A DNA stretch of 64,000 nt from Felis catus (taxonomy: Eukaryota). Each line of letters begins with the position of its first letter. Positions within the stretch are counted from its first letter, which is position 1. The stretch is taken from positions 496,001 to 560,000 of the forward strand of contig NC_058368.1 of the NCBI RefSeq assembly GCF_018350175.1, in the 5' to 3' direction. The notes beneath the pieces are model-generated. The model worked only from the letters and a program-made list of their open reading frames with translations, was not told where the DNA came from and searched no databases. Positions 25,830 to 38,396 of this stretch are shown here, one piece after another. The position numbers were made by a program, and so were the translations under genes.

Positions 25830-26320
25830 GAGTGCCTGGTTGGCTCAGTTGATGGAGGGTGTGACTTGATCTCAGGGTTGTAGGTTCCAGCTCCACATTG
25901 GGTATAAAGATTACTTAAAAATAAAATCTTAGGGGTGCCTGGGTGGCGCAGTCGGTTAAGCATCCGACTTCAGCCAGGTCACAATCTCGCGGTCCGTGAG
26001 TTCGAGCCCCGCATCAGGCTCTGGCCTGATGGCTCGGAGCCTGGAACCTGTTTCCGATTCTGTGTCTCCCTCTCTCTCTGCCCCTCCCCCGTTCATGCTC
26101 TGTCTCTCTCTGTCCCAAAAATAAATAAATGTTGAAAAAAAAATTTTTTTAAAAATAAAATAAAATCTTAACGGGCACCTGTCTGACTTCGGCTCAGGTC
26201 ATGATCTCATGGTTCATGAGTTCGAGCCCCACGTCGGGCTCTATGCTGACAGCTCAGAGCCTGGAGCCTGCTTCCGATTCTGTGTCTGCCTCTCTCTCTC
26301 TCTGCTCCTCCCCACTTGTG

Positions 26321-26363
<43 letters not shown>

Positions 26364-26430
26364 AAAAGTAAATACACATTTAAAAATTTTTTAAAACATA
26401 AATAAATAATAAAATCTTAAAAAAATAAAA
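25830..26430 (+). mobile_element. Cluster of three head-to-tail SINEs (short ~25830-25931, young 25932-~26155, ~26173-26420)
   Basis: aaaataaaatctta recurs between the units and aagtcatcc flanks the whole cluster. Confidence 0.88.
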
Positions 26431-28932
26431 AGATGAAGTCATCCTGGATGTGGCCTCTTGAAAGCTCTAAAGCCAGAAATTAGCTTCTCTTATTTCTGTT
26501 TGCATTTTTGCAAGGACTCTATCCTGATTTTGGCATGATGGATGCTAAAGTTTAATGTGCAGGGAAGTGAGGGGAAGTAGGACATAACTGGTAAATAGTT
26601 TTCATATGTTCTTTTTTTTTTTTTTTCATTTCATATGACTTAAGTGAATTCAACTGTAGGCTCTCCCCATATTTAGAAAAAAAGTTGTTTCTGTTTTGGA
26701 GGAGTTTGGGTCCAAGATACAGGCTGACTATTACCTTACAATTTTATAACGCAACATGTTCTGAAAATGAAAAGTTGAGTAGCAAAATCTGATCTGAATT
26801 GACATGAAGGTACATACAGTCTTTATCTCTCTCCTTTATAGTGAATATCATATATTCTGTTTCAGGATAATAATGTATGTTTGTAGGCTGCTGCCTCAGT
26901 CTGCTGGAGCTATTACAAAATATTCAGTGTATGTTTTACGTAGTCTTTCTCAATTTGAAGAGTTCTGAAACATGTCTGGCCCCAAAGGGTTTGAATTCGG
27001 GTATGGGGAGGTGTAGGATTCTGTTGTTTATCTGACTGTGTTGGTCTTAATAAGTACTAGTGCAGAATATACAAGATCATGCTTACTTAGGGTTGATTTA
27101 TGGGAATTTCCAGGGTAATTTTTACAGCACCTATTTGTTCACATTTATCATACTACGTTAAATGAACCCAACTACTGTAAGAGCGTTAGCCTCTTTTACA
27201 GTGAGGAGACTGAAGCTTACTGGTCAGCTGCTCAAGGTTACTTAACGTAGAACTGATGCCTATCAGTGATAATTTATATACATTGTTTATACAAGAAATT
27301 GTTCTGAAGAAATAGTTTCTTTAGGGAGGAATGTGATTATAGATATTGCATTGTCAGTCAATAACATTTTTATATCTGTCTTCTCTGATATGAACAGTAA
27401 ATTAAGGGCTTCTTAGTCCTTGAGTTATCTCCACTGATTTTGTGCAGAATTTAACCTAGATAATTCTGCTTACCAACTTTCCTTTTGGTATTTTATTCTG
27501 TTGGTTTTAGCTCCCCCTCCCTGCAGTGGACCTGACTTGGTTCCTTTCTTTCCTCTTTCTTTTGCTTACTCACTTAATTACTTGTTACACCATTAATATC
27601 CAGACACTAGTCACAATATAGTTATTATCCTAGGTAATTTGAGCAGGGCCTTCTGGCACTCCTTAAATCTAAAATACCTCATCAACCTGTGCAATGATGA
27701 AATTAAGAGTTTTAAGACATTAATATTAAAATGAACTACCACAGACCAGAAGGGGAGCTTTCCATTAATATGCATTGTTACCTTATAAAGCAACGGATAT
27801 TTAAATTTTAATTAGCAGAGCAAGGAAGGTGGTGACAGTACAGAACATACAGGAATAAAGAACTTTGTGTATGGGAAATATAGTCAAAGAACTGAAGGGA
27901 ACGCGAGAGCACAAGAAATGGAAAAGTACGGAGATGAAAATTTATTGAGGCTCATCATCATTTAGCCTTATATTTCTAGATGACGTATTTGATCCATTAA
28001 AAAGGAGTCCACAATCATTTTTAGGCCCTTGGAAAAAGTTTTGTAATATGTGTTTTTATGATGTAGGATGCTGGTAACTCTTCATCTTTTTATTTAGAAT
28101 CATCATTCTGGCCTGCAGCTCCAGCTGCTGTTGTATAGAAATTGTAGGCATAAACTGCAGTTTAAGTATGCATTCACTGCATATGTTAAGGCATTGAAGT
28201 GTGTGTTTTCTAAAGAAATTCCTCTGTTGTTTATGCAGATACATATTAGGCAGGTTCTCTGTGCTGTGTACCATAAGCAAGTAAACAGGCACATGAGATG
28301 TAAATTTTGCCCATAGTTAAACTCCCAGTTTAGTTTAAGAAATCTAAATAGATCTACTTGTTAAAGTAGCCAATTTGTTTTCTAAAAGAAATTAAAAGTT
28401 AGATGGTTTGTTCTAAAAACAGAGGAATAGGAAAAAAATTCCAGGTTCCAATCTTTAAGGGTGTTTTTGGAGTTTTTGTTGTTTTGAACTTTGTGCCATT
28501 TTTCTAAAAGCTGTAGACCTTAGCAGATAATCACTGGACTGAATTAACTTTCATTCTTTTGTCCTCTGGAACTAGTTTGAATTTAATAAAACAGTTTAAA
28601 GACACATCAGAACACTTACTCAATGAATATAGGTCAAGTTATATTTTTCTGAGTTTAAAAGCTTTAAACTGCTTTTGATGTGTTATAGAACAGCACACAA
28701 TAATCTAAAATAAAAATTGTATTAATTTGCATATGTTACAGACGACATGGACAATTGCTTTATGTTTGCAAAGTGCTACTTTTATCCCTGCAGAGAGACT
28801 TTGATATTACTTAGCAAGAAACCATATGTATGCAAAATGAAATTAAGTTTCCTGTTATTTAAAATTGCCTCATTTAGTATATTTTATGACATATTTCTTT
28901 CTTTCCCCAAACTCGTCTTAATGGTTTTACAG

Positions 28933-29053
28933 AAATTCTGGAAGATAATGTGCTGTTAGTTGAGCTTTTTGATTCTCTTGGTGCTCCTGGAATGACTCCT
29001 ACTAGTATAAATGACCAGCTAGTCAAAGAGGGCCTAGCATCTTATGAAGTGGG
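28933..29053 (+). CDS. RNF17: RNF17 exon (121 nt, phase 1->2) [15 protein letters not shown]...[11 protein letters not shown]
   Basis: ttacag| and |gtaagt. LV.EGLA helix ending an extended Tudor unit. Confidence 0.95.
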
Positions 29054-31092
29054 GTAAGTAGACCTACAAACTTTAAAAAATTCAGTTTATTCACAGGAAG
29101 GTGGTAGGGCACCTGGGTAGCTCAAGTTAAGCATCAAGAGTTAAGCATCTGACTCTTGATTTTGGCTCAGGTCATGATTTCATGGTTTGTGAGTTTGAGC
29201 CCTGTGTTGGGCTCCACGCACTGACAGTGTGGACCCTGCTTGGGGTTCTCTCTCTCCCTCTCTCTCTGCCCCCCCCCCACCCCCCGCTGCTTGCTCTTTC
29301 TCTCCCTCTCTCTCTCCCTCAAAATAAATAAAACTTAAAAAAGAAAAAAGAAAGTGGCATATCATTTTCTTTTGGATATCTGCTTTGGAGTTTCCCCCTG
29401 TTTTTGAATCAGGAAAAATAGACGGAAAAATAATTGGAGTCATTAGTTTAATGGGGGTAGAGTGGCTTTTCCCTCCATCCCTAAGTGACCCTGAAACCAA
29501 GAGAATGGCTCCTCAGGATTTAAAGTACTTCTAAAAAGAGAATAGCATCTTATTTCTAGGTAGAACATCTGCTTTAGTAGCCCTTTGTACCTATTTGAGA
29601 AGAGAATTAATAAGAGAAATGTCAGTATAGAGTAGTTAGTGGTAGAATTAGCCCACATTCCCATTTGAAGAAATGTGAATTTTTTCTGGGTTCAAGTGGA
29701 TACGTTGAACAAGAGCCAGATTTGAGCCATTGTGCTAATAATACCCAAGACAGACCAGTGGTTGAAGTGACCGCAGTATAGAAGGGCAGAGGGGTGGGAG
29801 TGTTTGCAGTAAACATTAATTAAATGGAGGAAATGAATATATGGATCTCTGAAGAGAGACATGGTTAAGTGATTCACCTGGGAGTTAGCAGCATATAAAT
29901 GAGTCCATTAGAATAAATGAAAATCACTTTCATTATTCATCTCAATTTCCCTTGATGAAGATGCAACTATGAGGATTATAATCTATGAGAAAGAAAGTCC
30001 AAAACTGGTAGATCATGAGCCCGAGACTGAAGAAAAACCAGGAACCGGAGAGAGAACGTTTCAAGAAGGAAAGAGTAGCTAGTGCTGAGAATTCAAGTCA
30101 AGTAAGGGCTGAAAATTATCCATTAGATATAGCAACAAAAATTAAGTCACCTTGGTTAGCTAAATCTCAAGCTTATTGTGAAAGAAATTAAGTTTTTCTT
30201 TAATAAAAATAAAGGACATCTAATTATCTGTGTTTTCACTATGAACTAACCTGACTTATTAAACATTCTAAACACTTCAATAATTTCTCTTTTTAATACA
30301 CCTTAATAGCAATTGGCTTCCACTTGTATTCTCACTGGCAAGTGGATTGATACTTTTTAGTCATCAAAACAAATTATCAATAATTCTTCTCTTTTTGAGT
30401 ACAAGATATCAATGGCAGATGATGAAATTATGAACAAACTTGGTATTTAAAGCGCTTCTAAAATAGAAAGTTTGGGGGCACCTGGGTGGCTCCGTTGGTT
30501 GAGCATCCAGCTCTTGATTTCAGCTCAGGTCATGATCACAGGGTTGTGGGATCAAGTCCCATGCTGGACTCAATACTGAGTGTGGAGCCTGCTTGGGATT
30601 CTCTCTCCCTCTCTCTCCGCCCCTCCCCCCACTCATGCTCTTGCTCACTGAAAAAAAAAAAAAAGAGAAAGTTTGGCTTTTAAGGGTGGTTTTTGTACTT
30701 ACTTTGGTAATAGCCCTTTTTAAAAAAAGAAACCAAAATTGCTGTTAATATGAAAACTGGGAAGCAGTGAATCATAGCTAAAACTTGTTCATCTCTAGGG
30801 GTACCTGAGTGGCTCAGCGGTTAAGCTCCCAACTTTGGCTCAGGTCATGATCTTGCGGTTCGTGGGTCCGAGCCCCACATTGGGCTCTGTGCTGACAGCT
30901 CAGAACCTGGAGCCTGCCTCAGGTTCTGTGTCTCCCTCTCTCTCTCTGCCCCTCCCCTGCTCATGCTCTATATCTCTCTGTCTCTCAAAAATAAACGTTT
31001 AAAAAAATAACTTGTTCATCTCTAGATCTAAGCAAATACAAACATGAATATTTTGCAAACTATTTTTGCTAATGGGTTTTGTTATTTTCCAG

Positions 31093-31320
31093 GTATACCC
31101 TCAAGGATAATTCCAAAAAACATAGTGAAGTATGGGATCCTTCTCCAGAAGAAATTATTTCAAATGAAGTAAACAGCTTAAATCCTGTATCTATAAAATC
31201 TCTACCTAATGAGAATCTCCAATCACTTTATAATAAGGAACTACCTGTACATATCTGTAATGTGATATCTCCTGAGAAGATTTATGTTCAGTGGTTATTA
31301 ACAGAAAACTTACTTAACAG
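31093..31320 (+). CDS. RNF17: RNF17 exon (228 nt, phase 2->2) [10 protein letters not shown]...[17 protein letters not shown]
   Basis: ttttccag| and |gtataa. Confidence 0.95.
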
Positions 31321-31504
31321 GTATAACATATAAGGAAAACATGGATTGCATATGGGCTTTTTTCTAAATTTTGTTTCAAAAATCTAGAAATCACAAATGT
31401 AGAATTTTAAAAGCAAAATTATTTCAGTTAAACAGTCACTGAAACACTGGTTAAAAGTATACAAATAGTGTATTTACTGGCTATTTTCAGTATATTAGAA
31501 TTAG

Positions 31505-31915
31505 TCATTCCCCAAATACTTATTGAACACCTATTTTTGACAACCAGTATTGTAGGTGTTGGGGATACAGTGGTAAAAACATTTACAAGTCTTTGGCGTC
31601 ATCAAGCTTAAATTCTGGTAGACAATAGACAAAATATTTACTGTAGTAGATGGTGATAAAGACAGTAGAGTAAAAGCAGTTGAGGAGGAAGGCAATTTTG
31701 GATCATCAGGGAAGGCCTCAAAAAGACTATGACATTTGAAATGGATCCTAAAGGAAGAGAGGGAGTAAACCATGAGGGTATCTGGAGGAAGATCATCTCA
31801 TGCAGAGGGAAGAACAAGTTCAAAGGCCCTGCAGTGGAAATGTGCTAGGGTATTCAAGGAAAAACAAGGTATCCAGTTTGGCTTGAGTAGAGTGAGAAAG
31901 GGGGGACAGTAGAAG
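31505..31915 (-). mobile_element. L2 relic
   Basis: cattc...aaatacttattgaacaccta...ggggatacagtggt...gaaggcctc...gacatttga is typical of the reverse complement of an L2 3' end. Confidence 0.7.
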
Positions 31916-31979
31916 ATGTGGTTAAAGACTTAGGTGTTGTAAGAAAAGGTTTGAAAGTTAATTTTTTTTCTCTATACAG

Positions 31980-32130
31980 TTTAGAAGAAAAGATGGTAGC
32001 TGCTTATGAAGACTCAAAATGGGAACCCGTTAAATGGGAAAATGATATGCACTGTGCAGTTAGGATCCCAGATAAAAATCAGTGGCAAAGAGGCCAGATC
32101 ATCAGAATGGTTACAGACACATTGGTAGAG
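31980..32130 (+). CDS. RNF17: RNF17 exon (151 nt, phase 2->0) [11 protein letters not shown]...[17 protein letters not shown]
   Basis: tacag| and |gtaaat. Tudor core W.RG. Confidence 0.95.
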
Positions 32131-32285
32131 GTAAATGCAGAGTTAAAAATATAATTGTGAAGGTGAATGGATTCAGTATTTTTATCTTGAAATTTTTTAA
32201 ATCTAATTTCTATTATGCTATTCAATTTGTGAAAAACATTTTGAAATACTGTCTTTCCACAGACTCAAAGTTACTATTTTCATAG

Positions 32286-32404
32286 GTTTTGCTGTATGAC
32301 GTGGGTGTTGAACTAGTAGTGAATATTACCTGTTTACGAGAGCTTCAAGAAAACCTAAGGACAATGGGAAGATTATCTTTGGAATGCTCTCTTGTTGATA
32401 TAAG
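32286..32404 (+). CDS. RNF17: RNF17 exon (119 nt, phase 0->2) [13 protein letters not shown]...ECSLVDI
   Basis: ttcatag| and |gtagtt. Not in the ORF track. Confidence 0.94.
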
Positions 32405-33659
32405 GTAGTTTTTAGCTGAGTAAATTTTCTCATTATTGAATAATTACAAGTATTTTTCTTTTTTGTTTGGTTCTTGTCAGTTTTAATTTTACTAGAATTC
32501 TGAAATTTCATAAATCTAGTTAATTTGGGGGGCGCCTGGGTGGCTTAGTTGGTTAAGTGACTGACTTCAGCTCAGGTCATGATCTCACGGTTCATGAGTT
32601 CAAGCCCCACCTTGGGCTCTCTGCTGTCAGCACAGAGCCCACTTTGGATCATCTGTCCCCCCTCTCTCTGCCCTTCCCCCACTCGTATTTTTTCCCTCCC
32701 TCCCTCTTCCCCCCCCCACACACAAATAAGAAGTTATTTAAAAATATAGTTAATTTTGAGGTTTTAAGAAGAGGGAAAGATAAAAATTTGGAGCACATAA
32801 ACTTTAGAGGTACCAAGGAATATAGATAGGTGAGTATCATGGGTATCTAGGTAGATTCAAACTGTTAAGTTATTAAAAACTTGAAGGACATAGGCAGATA
32901 GAAATAAAGTATATTTTATAAGCTTAGCATTGCATGGAAAGCTAAAAATATATAAATTACCAAAAAGTGAATTAGGATTCTGAAAGTGGCATGAAATACT
33001 TTTTGAATCTAGTAGAATTCTACCATAAACACAGAGCAGTTTGGATAGCAAAACTAAAGACAGCACAGTCAATCTCTAAAACCTAAGTAGACAACTAGGT
33101 TTCCCTCTATAAGCCCCAAATACAAACAAGTACACCATGTGGTACACCATGCCCTTATGGACCCTTAGGGTTATTGGCATTTGTGTGGAAGGAAGGCTGA
33201 CTGGGATTCTAACAGCTCTGAGAATAGGAATTGGCAACAGGTTTTCACTGGAGCATGCAAGCCAATCTGAGAACAACAACCAAGACCAAGAAGGGAATAA
33301 TGCAAGATGCCCTTCATAATTGGATGTGAGAGATCTATAATGTGCCGCATTTTTGTGGTGCTGGAACCTTAGCCATATAACCTTTGGAAGTAAACTGATG
33401 CTCTCTTCCGTGACCTCACACTGAGCAGAAACTGTTGGGGATAGAGCCTAATTTAAGCAAGACAGACACTGGGGCAAAGGAAAGAAAAGATGCAGATAAA
33501 AGTAGGGGAGAGGAGCAAGATATCAAAGTATGAGGCCATATTTTCTGTCACTTTGGGAGAACAGCACCAGAGAGTTCTAGAGCCATGAAGCTAGGAAAGC
33601 AATAGTGATCTACCTCTTCCTTCTAAAAGCACAGGAAATTTTCTTTCATTTAAAACATG

Positions 33660-34640
33660 ATGATGTATCATTTGCAAATATGTTCTCCCATTCAGTAAGT
33701 TGTCTTTTTGTTTTGATGGTTGTTTCCTTTGCCATACAAAAGCTTTTTATTTTGATGTAGTCCTCATAGTTTAATTTTGCTTTTGTTTCCCTTGCCTCAG
33801 GAGACATCTCTAGAAAAATGTTGCTATGGGCAATGTCAGAGGAATTACTGCCTGTGTTCTTTTCTAGAGTTTTTATGGTTTCAGGTCTTACACATAGATC
33901 ATTTTTTTAAAGAAGACTTACAGATGGTCAAACCACAATAGGATATCTCTTCACACGTGTTAGTATAGCTATTATCAAAATGACAAGAAATAACAAATGT
34001 TGGTGAGGATGTAGAGAAAAGGGAAACTGATGTACTATTGGTTGGAATATAAGTTGGTGCAGCCACTATGGAAAACACCAAAGAGGTTCCTCATAAATTT
34101 AAGATAGAACTAGTATATGATCCTGCAATTCCACTTCTAGGTATTTATCAAAACACAACTGAAACACTGATTCAAAAAGACATACACACCCCTATGTTCA
34201 TTTCAGCATTATTTACAGTAGCCTCACCAAGATAGGAAAGCAACCTGTCAACCTGTAGATGAGTGGATAAAGAAGATGTGTGAAGTGATATCCCATTGTA
34301 CCAGAGTAATGCTGGCCTTATAGAATGAGTTTGGAAGTATTCCTTCCTTTTTAACTTTTGAAATAGTTTGAGGGTAAATATTATTATCCCTTTCTTAAAT
34401 GTTTGGAAGAATTCACCTGTATGGTCATCTGGTCCTAGACTTTTGTTTGTTGAGAGGTTAGGGTTTTTTTTTTTTTATTTTGTTTGTTTGTTTGTTTGTT
34501 TGTTTTTATTGCCTCACTTTCATTACCACCAGTCGGTCTGTTCAGATTATTTCTTCCTGACTATGTCTTGGAAGATTCTATGTCTCTAAGAATTTATCCA
34601 TTTGTCTCAATTTGTTGTATATAACTGTTCATAGAAGATT
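33660..34640. mobile_element. L1 fragments in alternating orientation (minus ~33660-33900, plus ~33905-34280, minus ~34290-34640)
   Basis: Recognisable ORF2 3' sequence on both strands with an abrupt switch near 33900. Confidence 0.7.
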
Positions 34641-37174
34641 CCTATGAGACTTAATATGGGTATGTATTATCCTCAGATTTCTTTTTGAAAAATACAGAAG
34701 TGGCAGTTTTCTGTTTGTAGGGCACATTTCTTCATTGATAAATCCATGGAAATAAATTTAATTCTTTGTAATAAGAATTATAGAATTTTATAAAAGGGGA
34801 TTAGGAAGTATAAACTTCCCTTTATAAAATAAAGGGAAATGAAATTAAAAAAACTCCCTTCATAAAATTCATGGAGATGAAAAGTCAGCATAGGGAATAT
34901 AGTCAATAATGTTATGATAATGTTGTATGGTGACAAACTTACCAGGGTGAGAACTGAGTAATGTATGGAATTATTGAATCAATATGTTGTACACTAGAAA
35001 CTAACATAACTTTGTTAAGTATGCTTTAATAAAAATAAGAGATTTATAGAATCTTAGAATTGGAACTCAGAGATCTTAGGGGCATCATGACAGTAATTCT
35101 TTTTATACCAGCCCTAATAAATGAACAGTCAAGACCAGCTGACTTCACTGCTGTGGAGCACATCTCTTTCAGTCACTAGTATTTCCTACACTGTATTAAA
35201 ATTGGTCTCCACAATAGGATACCTTGTTCTTAGTGACCCCTTTCTGTTCTAATTGCTGGTAGACCATTTATTTAATGTTCTTGAAGAGCTTATCAATAGT
35301 AGTTTCCATAATCTGCCTATTTGCACAGAACATTAATCTTACAGGTACCTTTTCCACTGTCTGTGATTACTAAGAGTGACTGTGGGGCCACATCAATAAA
35401 TTTGTTCTATAAATTGAAAGAATTTAATGCCCTGGAATGGAAATTTCAGGCCAACCATCCTAAAAATTCTTATCCTGGGGACGCCTGGGTGGCTCAGTCA
35501 GTTAAGCGTCTGACTTTGGCTCAGGTCATGATGTCATGGCTCATGAGCTTGAGCCCTACATCGGGCACTCTTTGTCAGCGCAGAGCCTGCTTCACATGCT
35601 GTGTCTCCCCCTCCCCCGCTCATGCACTTTCTCTCAAAAACAAACTTTTTAAAAATTAAAAAAATATTTTATCCTAATTTTCAGTTCTACCTTGAACAGT
35701 TCAATCAGAGCAATTGAACAGAATTCATCAATCCTTTAATTGTATCCAATAATGTAGAGAATGTGTTCCTATACACACCTTGAATTATATCTTTTGGACT
35801 CAAATGGGATACCATTATTTCATGAGTCTAATACTGGCTAACCTTTAGCACTTCTGGACCCTGTGTTAATTGTCTTATAGGCATTACTCTAGTTAATCCT
35901 CACAATAAACCTTTAAGCTATAGATAAGGTATTATTTATAGATAAGAAAATTGAGTCTTCAAGAGGTTATTTTCCAGAGTAATACATCTATTAACTTTTG
36001 AGCTAGGATTATAAACAAGTCTGAATTTAGAATTGGAGCAAAGTGCCTGGGTGGCTTGGTTAAACGCCTGACTCTTGGTTTTGGCTCAGGTCATGATCTC
36101 ACAATTTGTGAGATCAGGCCCCAAGTCAGGCTCTGTGGTGACAGTCCAGAGCCTGCTTGGGATTCTCTCTCTGCCTCTCTCTGTCCCTCCCTTGCTATAG
36201 ACAAATAAATAGGTAGATATTTTAAAAGAAGAATTGGAGCTCTAATCACTATGATTTACTACCCTTCTGAAAAATCTTTTTCTTATAGTAAAATATACAA
36301 AACATATATTTTGCCATTTTTAGTGTACATTTCAGTTGTATTAAACATATTCATAATGTTGTGCAACCTTTACCACTATCCATTTCCAGAGTCTTTTCAT
36401 CTTTCCCAACTGAAACAGAGTTGTATGAATACAGACCAAATAATTTTTAATGTTGTAAATACTTCATAATCTTAAAAGTTAATGTTTACAAAATGTATAT
36501 TCATAATAGAGCATAAGAAAATCTTAATGTTAACACTGATTATTTTTAAATATTTATTTGGGGGAGAGTGCATGTGGGGAAGGGGCAGAGAGAAGGGGAC
36601 TGAGGATCCGAAGTGAGCTCTGCACTGAGAGGCTAGTTGCAGCAAGCCCGATGTGGGTCTCAAACTCATGAGCCTCAAGATCATGACCTGAGCCAAAGTC
36701 GGACACTCAACCAACTGAGCCACCCAGGTGCCCCTGTTAACACTGATTTTTATCTGAATATCGTCATAATAAATTTTGAAAACCACAACTAATTCTAAGA
36801 GTCACTGATAATTTAAATTCTTAATTCTTAAGAACATCATTTGGGCTTCTTAGTAAATAGTGTAGCATATTTACTAAATCCTACTTGGTCAGACTACATG
36901 CACAGTTGGTTTTGTTCACTCATTAATGTGAAAAGATTGGCCAGGTTAGTTGTTTACCCGATGGGTCGACTCCATGGAAACTCCAGATCTAGAAATCATG
37001 TATAGAGAACCTTTAGAGCCTGCATTATGATACTTGTAATCTCTTTCACGGTACTAGTTCTTTATTCTTTGGAGGCGGATTTGATGGAAAGTCAGTCAGT
37101 TTCAGTTCCACAAACTAAAACAGATGAGGAAATTGAATATTCTCTTTTCATTGACCTGTCAATATTCATTGAAC

Positions 37175-37404
37175 ATTTTTTTAAACGTTTACTTATTTTG
37201 AGAGAACGCACGCGTGAGCGGGAGGGGGCAGAGAGAGAGGGAAAGAAAGAATCTTGTGCAGGCTCCATGTTCAGTGCAGGGCCTGACACAGGATTTGATC
37301 TCATGATTGTGAGTGAGATCCTGGCCTGAGCCGAAATCAAGAGCTGGATGCTATTCCTGAAATCATTATTACACTATATGTTAACTAACTTGGATTTAAA
37401 TAAA

Positions 37405-37436
<32 letters not shown>

Positions 37437-37474
37437 AGTCAGATGCTTAACCAGCTGAGCCACGCAGGCGCCCC
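37175..37474 (-). mobile_element. Older CAN-SINE interrupted by a short plus-strand L1 tail (~37353-37435)
   Basis: The SINE body resumes after tatgttaactaacttggattt(aaat)n. gatgct is duplicated on both sides of the insert. Confidence 0.75.
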
Positions 37475-37507
37475 TATTGAACATTTTTACCATGAATATT
37501 AAGAATA

Positions 37508-37730
37508 GGGGCGCCTGGGTGGCACAGTCGGTTAAGCGTCCGACTTCAGCCAGGTCACGATCTCGCGGTCCGTGAGTTCGAGCCCCGCGTCGGGCTCTGG
37601 GCTGATGGCTCAGAGCCTGGAGCCTGCTTCCTATTCTGTGTCTCCCTCTCTCTCTGCCCCTCCCCCGTTCATGCTCTGTCTCTCTCTGTCTCAAAAATAA
37701 ATAAACGTTAAAAAAAAAATTAAAAAAAAT
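37508..37730 (+). mobile_element. Young felid SINE (SINEC_Fc type)
   Basis: Near-identical to other young copies, with A-tail. Confidence 0.93.
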
Positions 37731-38305
37731 AAATTGTCCATAAATTATTGAGGCTAATATTCATGGGTAGCAATTCATATTATATTTAAAGTCCAGAAAA
37801 AGGCTTTCAAAAATGTTTGGGCAGTGGAATCATTATTGCAAAGGGATTGTTCTTTTTAAATTTCCATTAAATAGTTTTAAAGTGCTTTCTGTGTGCCAGG
37901 CACTATCCTAGGCATTAGGGATATGATGATGGACATAACACATAATACGTTATCCCCACTCTCAAGAGTTTATAGTCTACTCAGCATGTATGAAATGTAC
38001 ATAATAGGTAAAAAAAAAAAAAAGTACATAAAACATTACCTTTTTAAGGGTTCTCAGTGTAGCTGCAGAACAGATATACATGTTAGCATATGATATGATC
38101 CCTAAGTAGAATAGAGAGGAATAAGCAAAAGTCTATGAAAACAGAAGAAAATTATGAAAATAACAGAAGCCATGCTTTAATTGATTTCTCACTACATATG
38201 AAGTTTGTTCATATATATATGAATATATACGTATAGTGGTTCTTTTATATTTCTGTATCTTACGCTATTTGTTATAAAACAAGTCATCTGTTTTTGTTGT
38301 TTTAG

Positions 38306-38396
38306 ACCAACTGGTGGGAGTGACAAGTGGACAGCTACAGCTTGTGACTGTCTTTCATTGTACCTGACTGGAGCTGTAGCAACCATAATCTTACAG
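38306..38396 (+). CDS. RNF17: RNF17 exon (91 nt, phase 2->0) [31 protein letters not shown]
   Basis: ttttag| and CAG|gtgtgt. Frame joins the next exon. Confidence 0.92.

Noticed and set aside
34786..34836. Small hairpin ttttataaaaggg...ggaagtataaacttccctttataaaa
   Set aside because: Short and AT-rich, so plausible by chance or local repair. No support for a miRNA or MITE.
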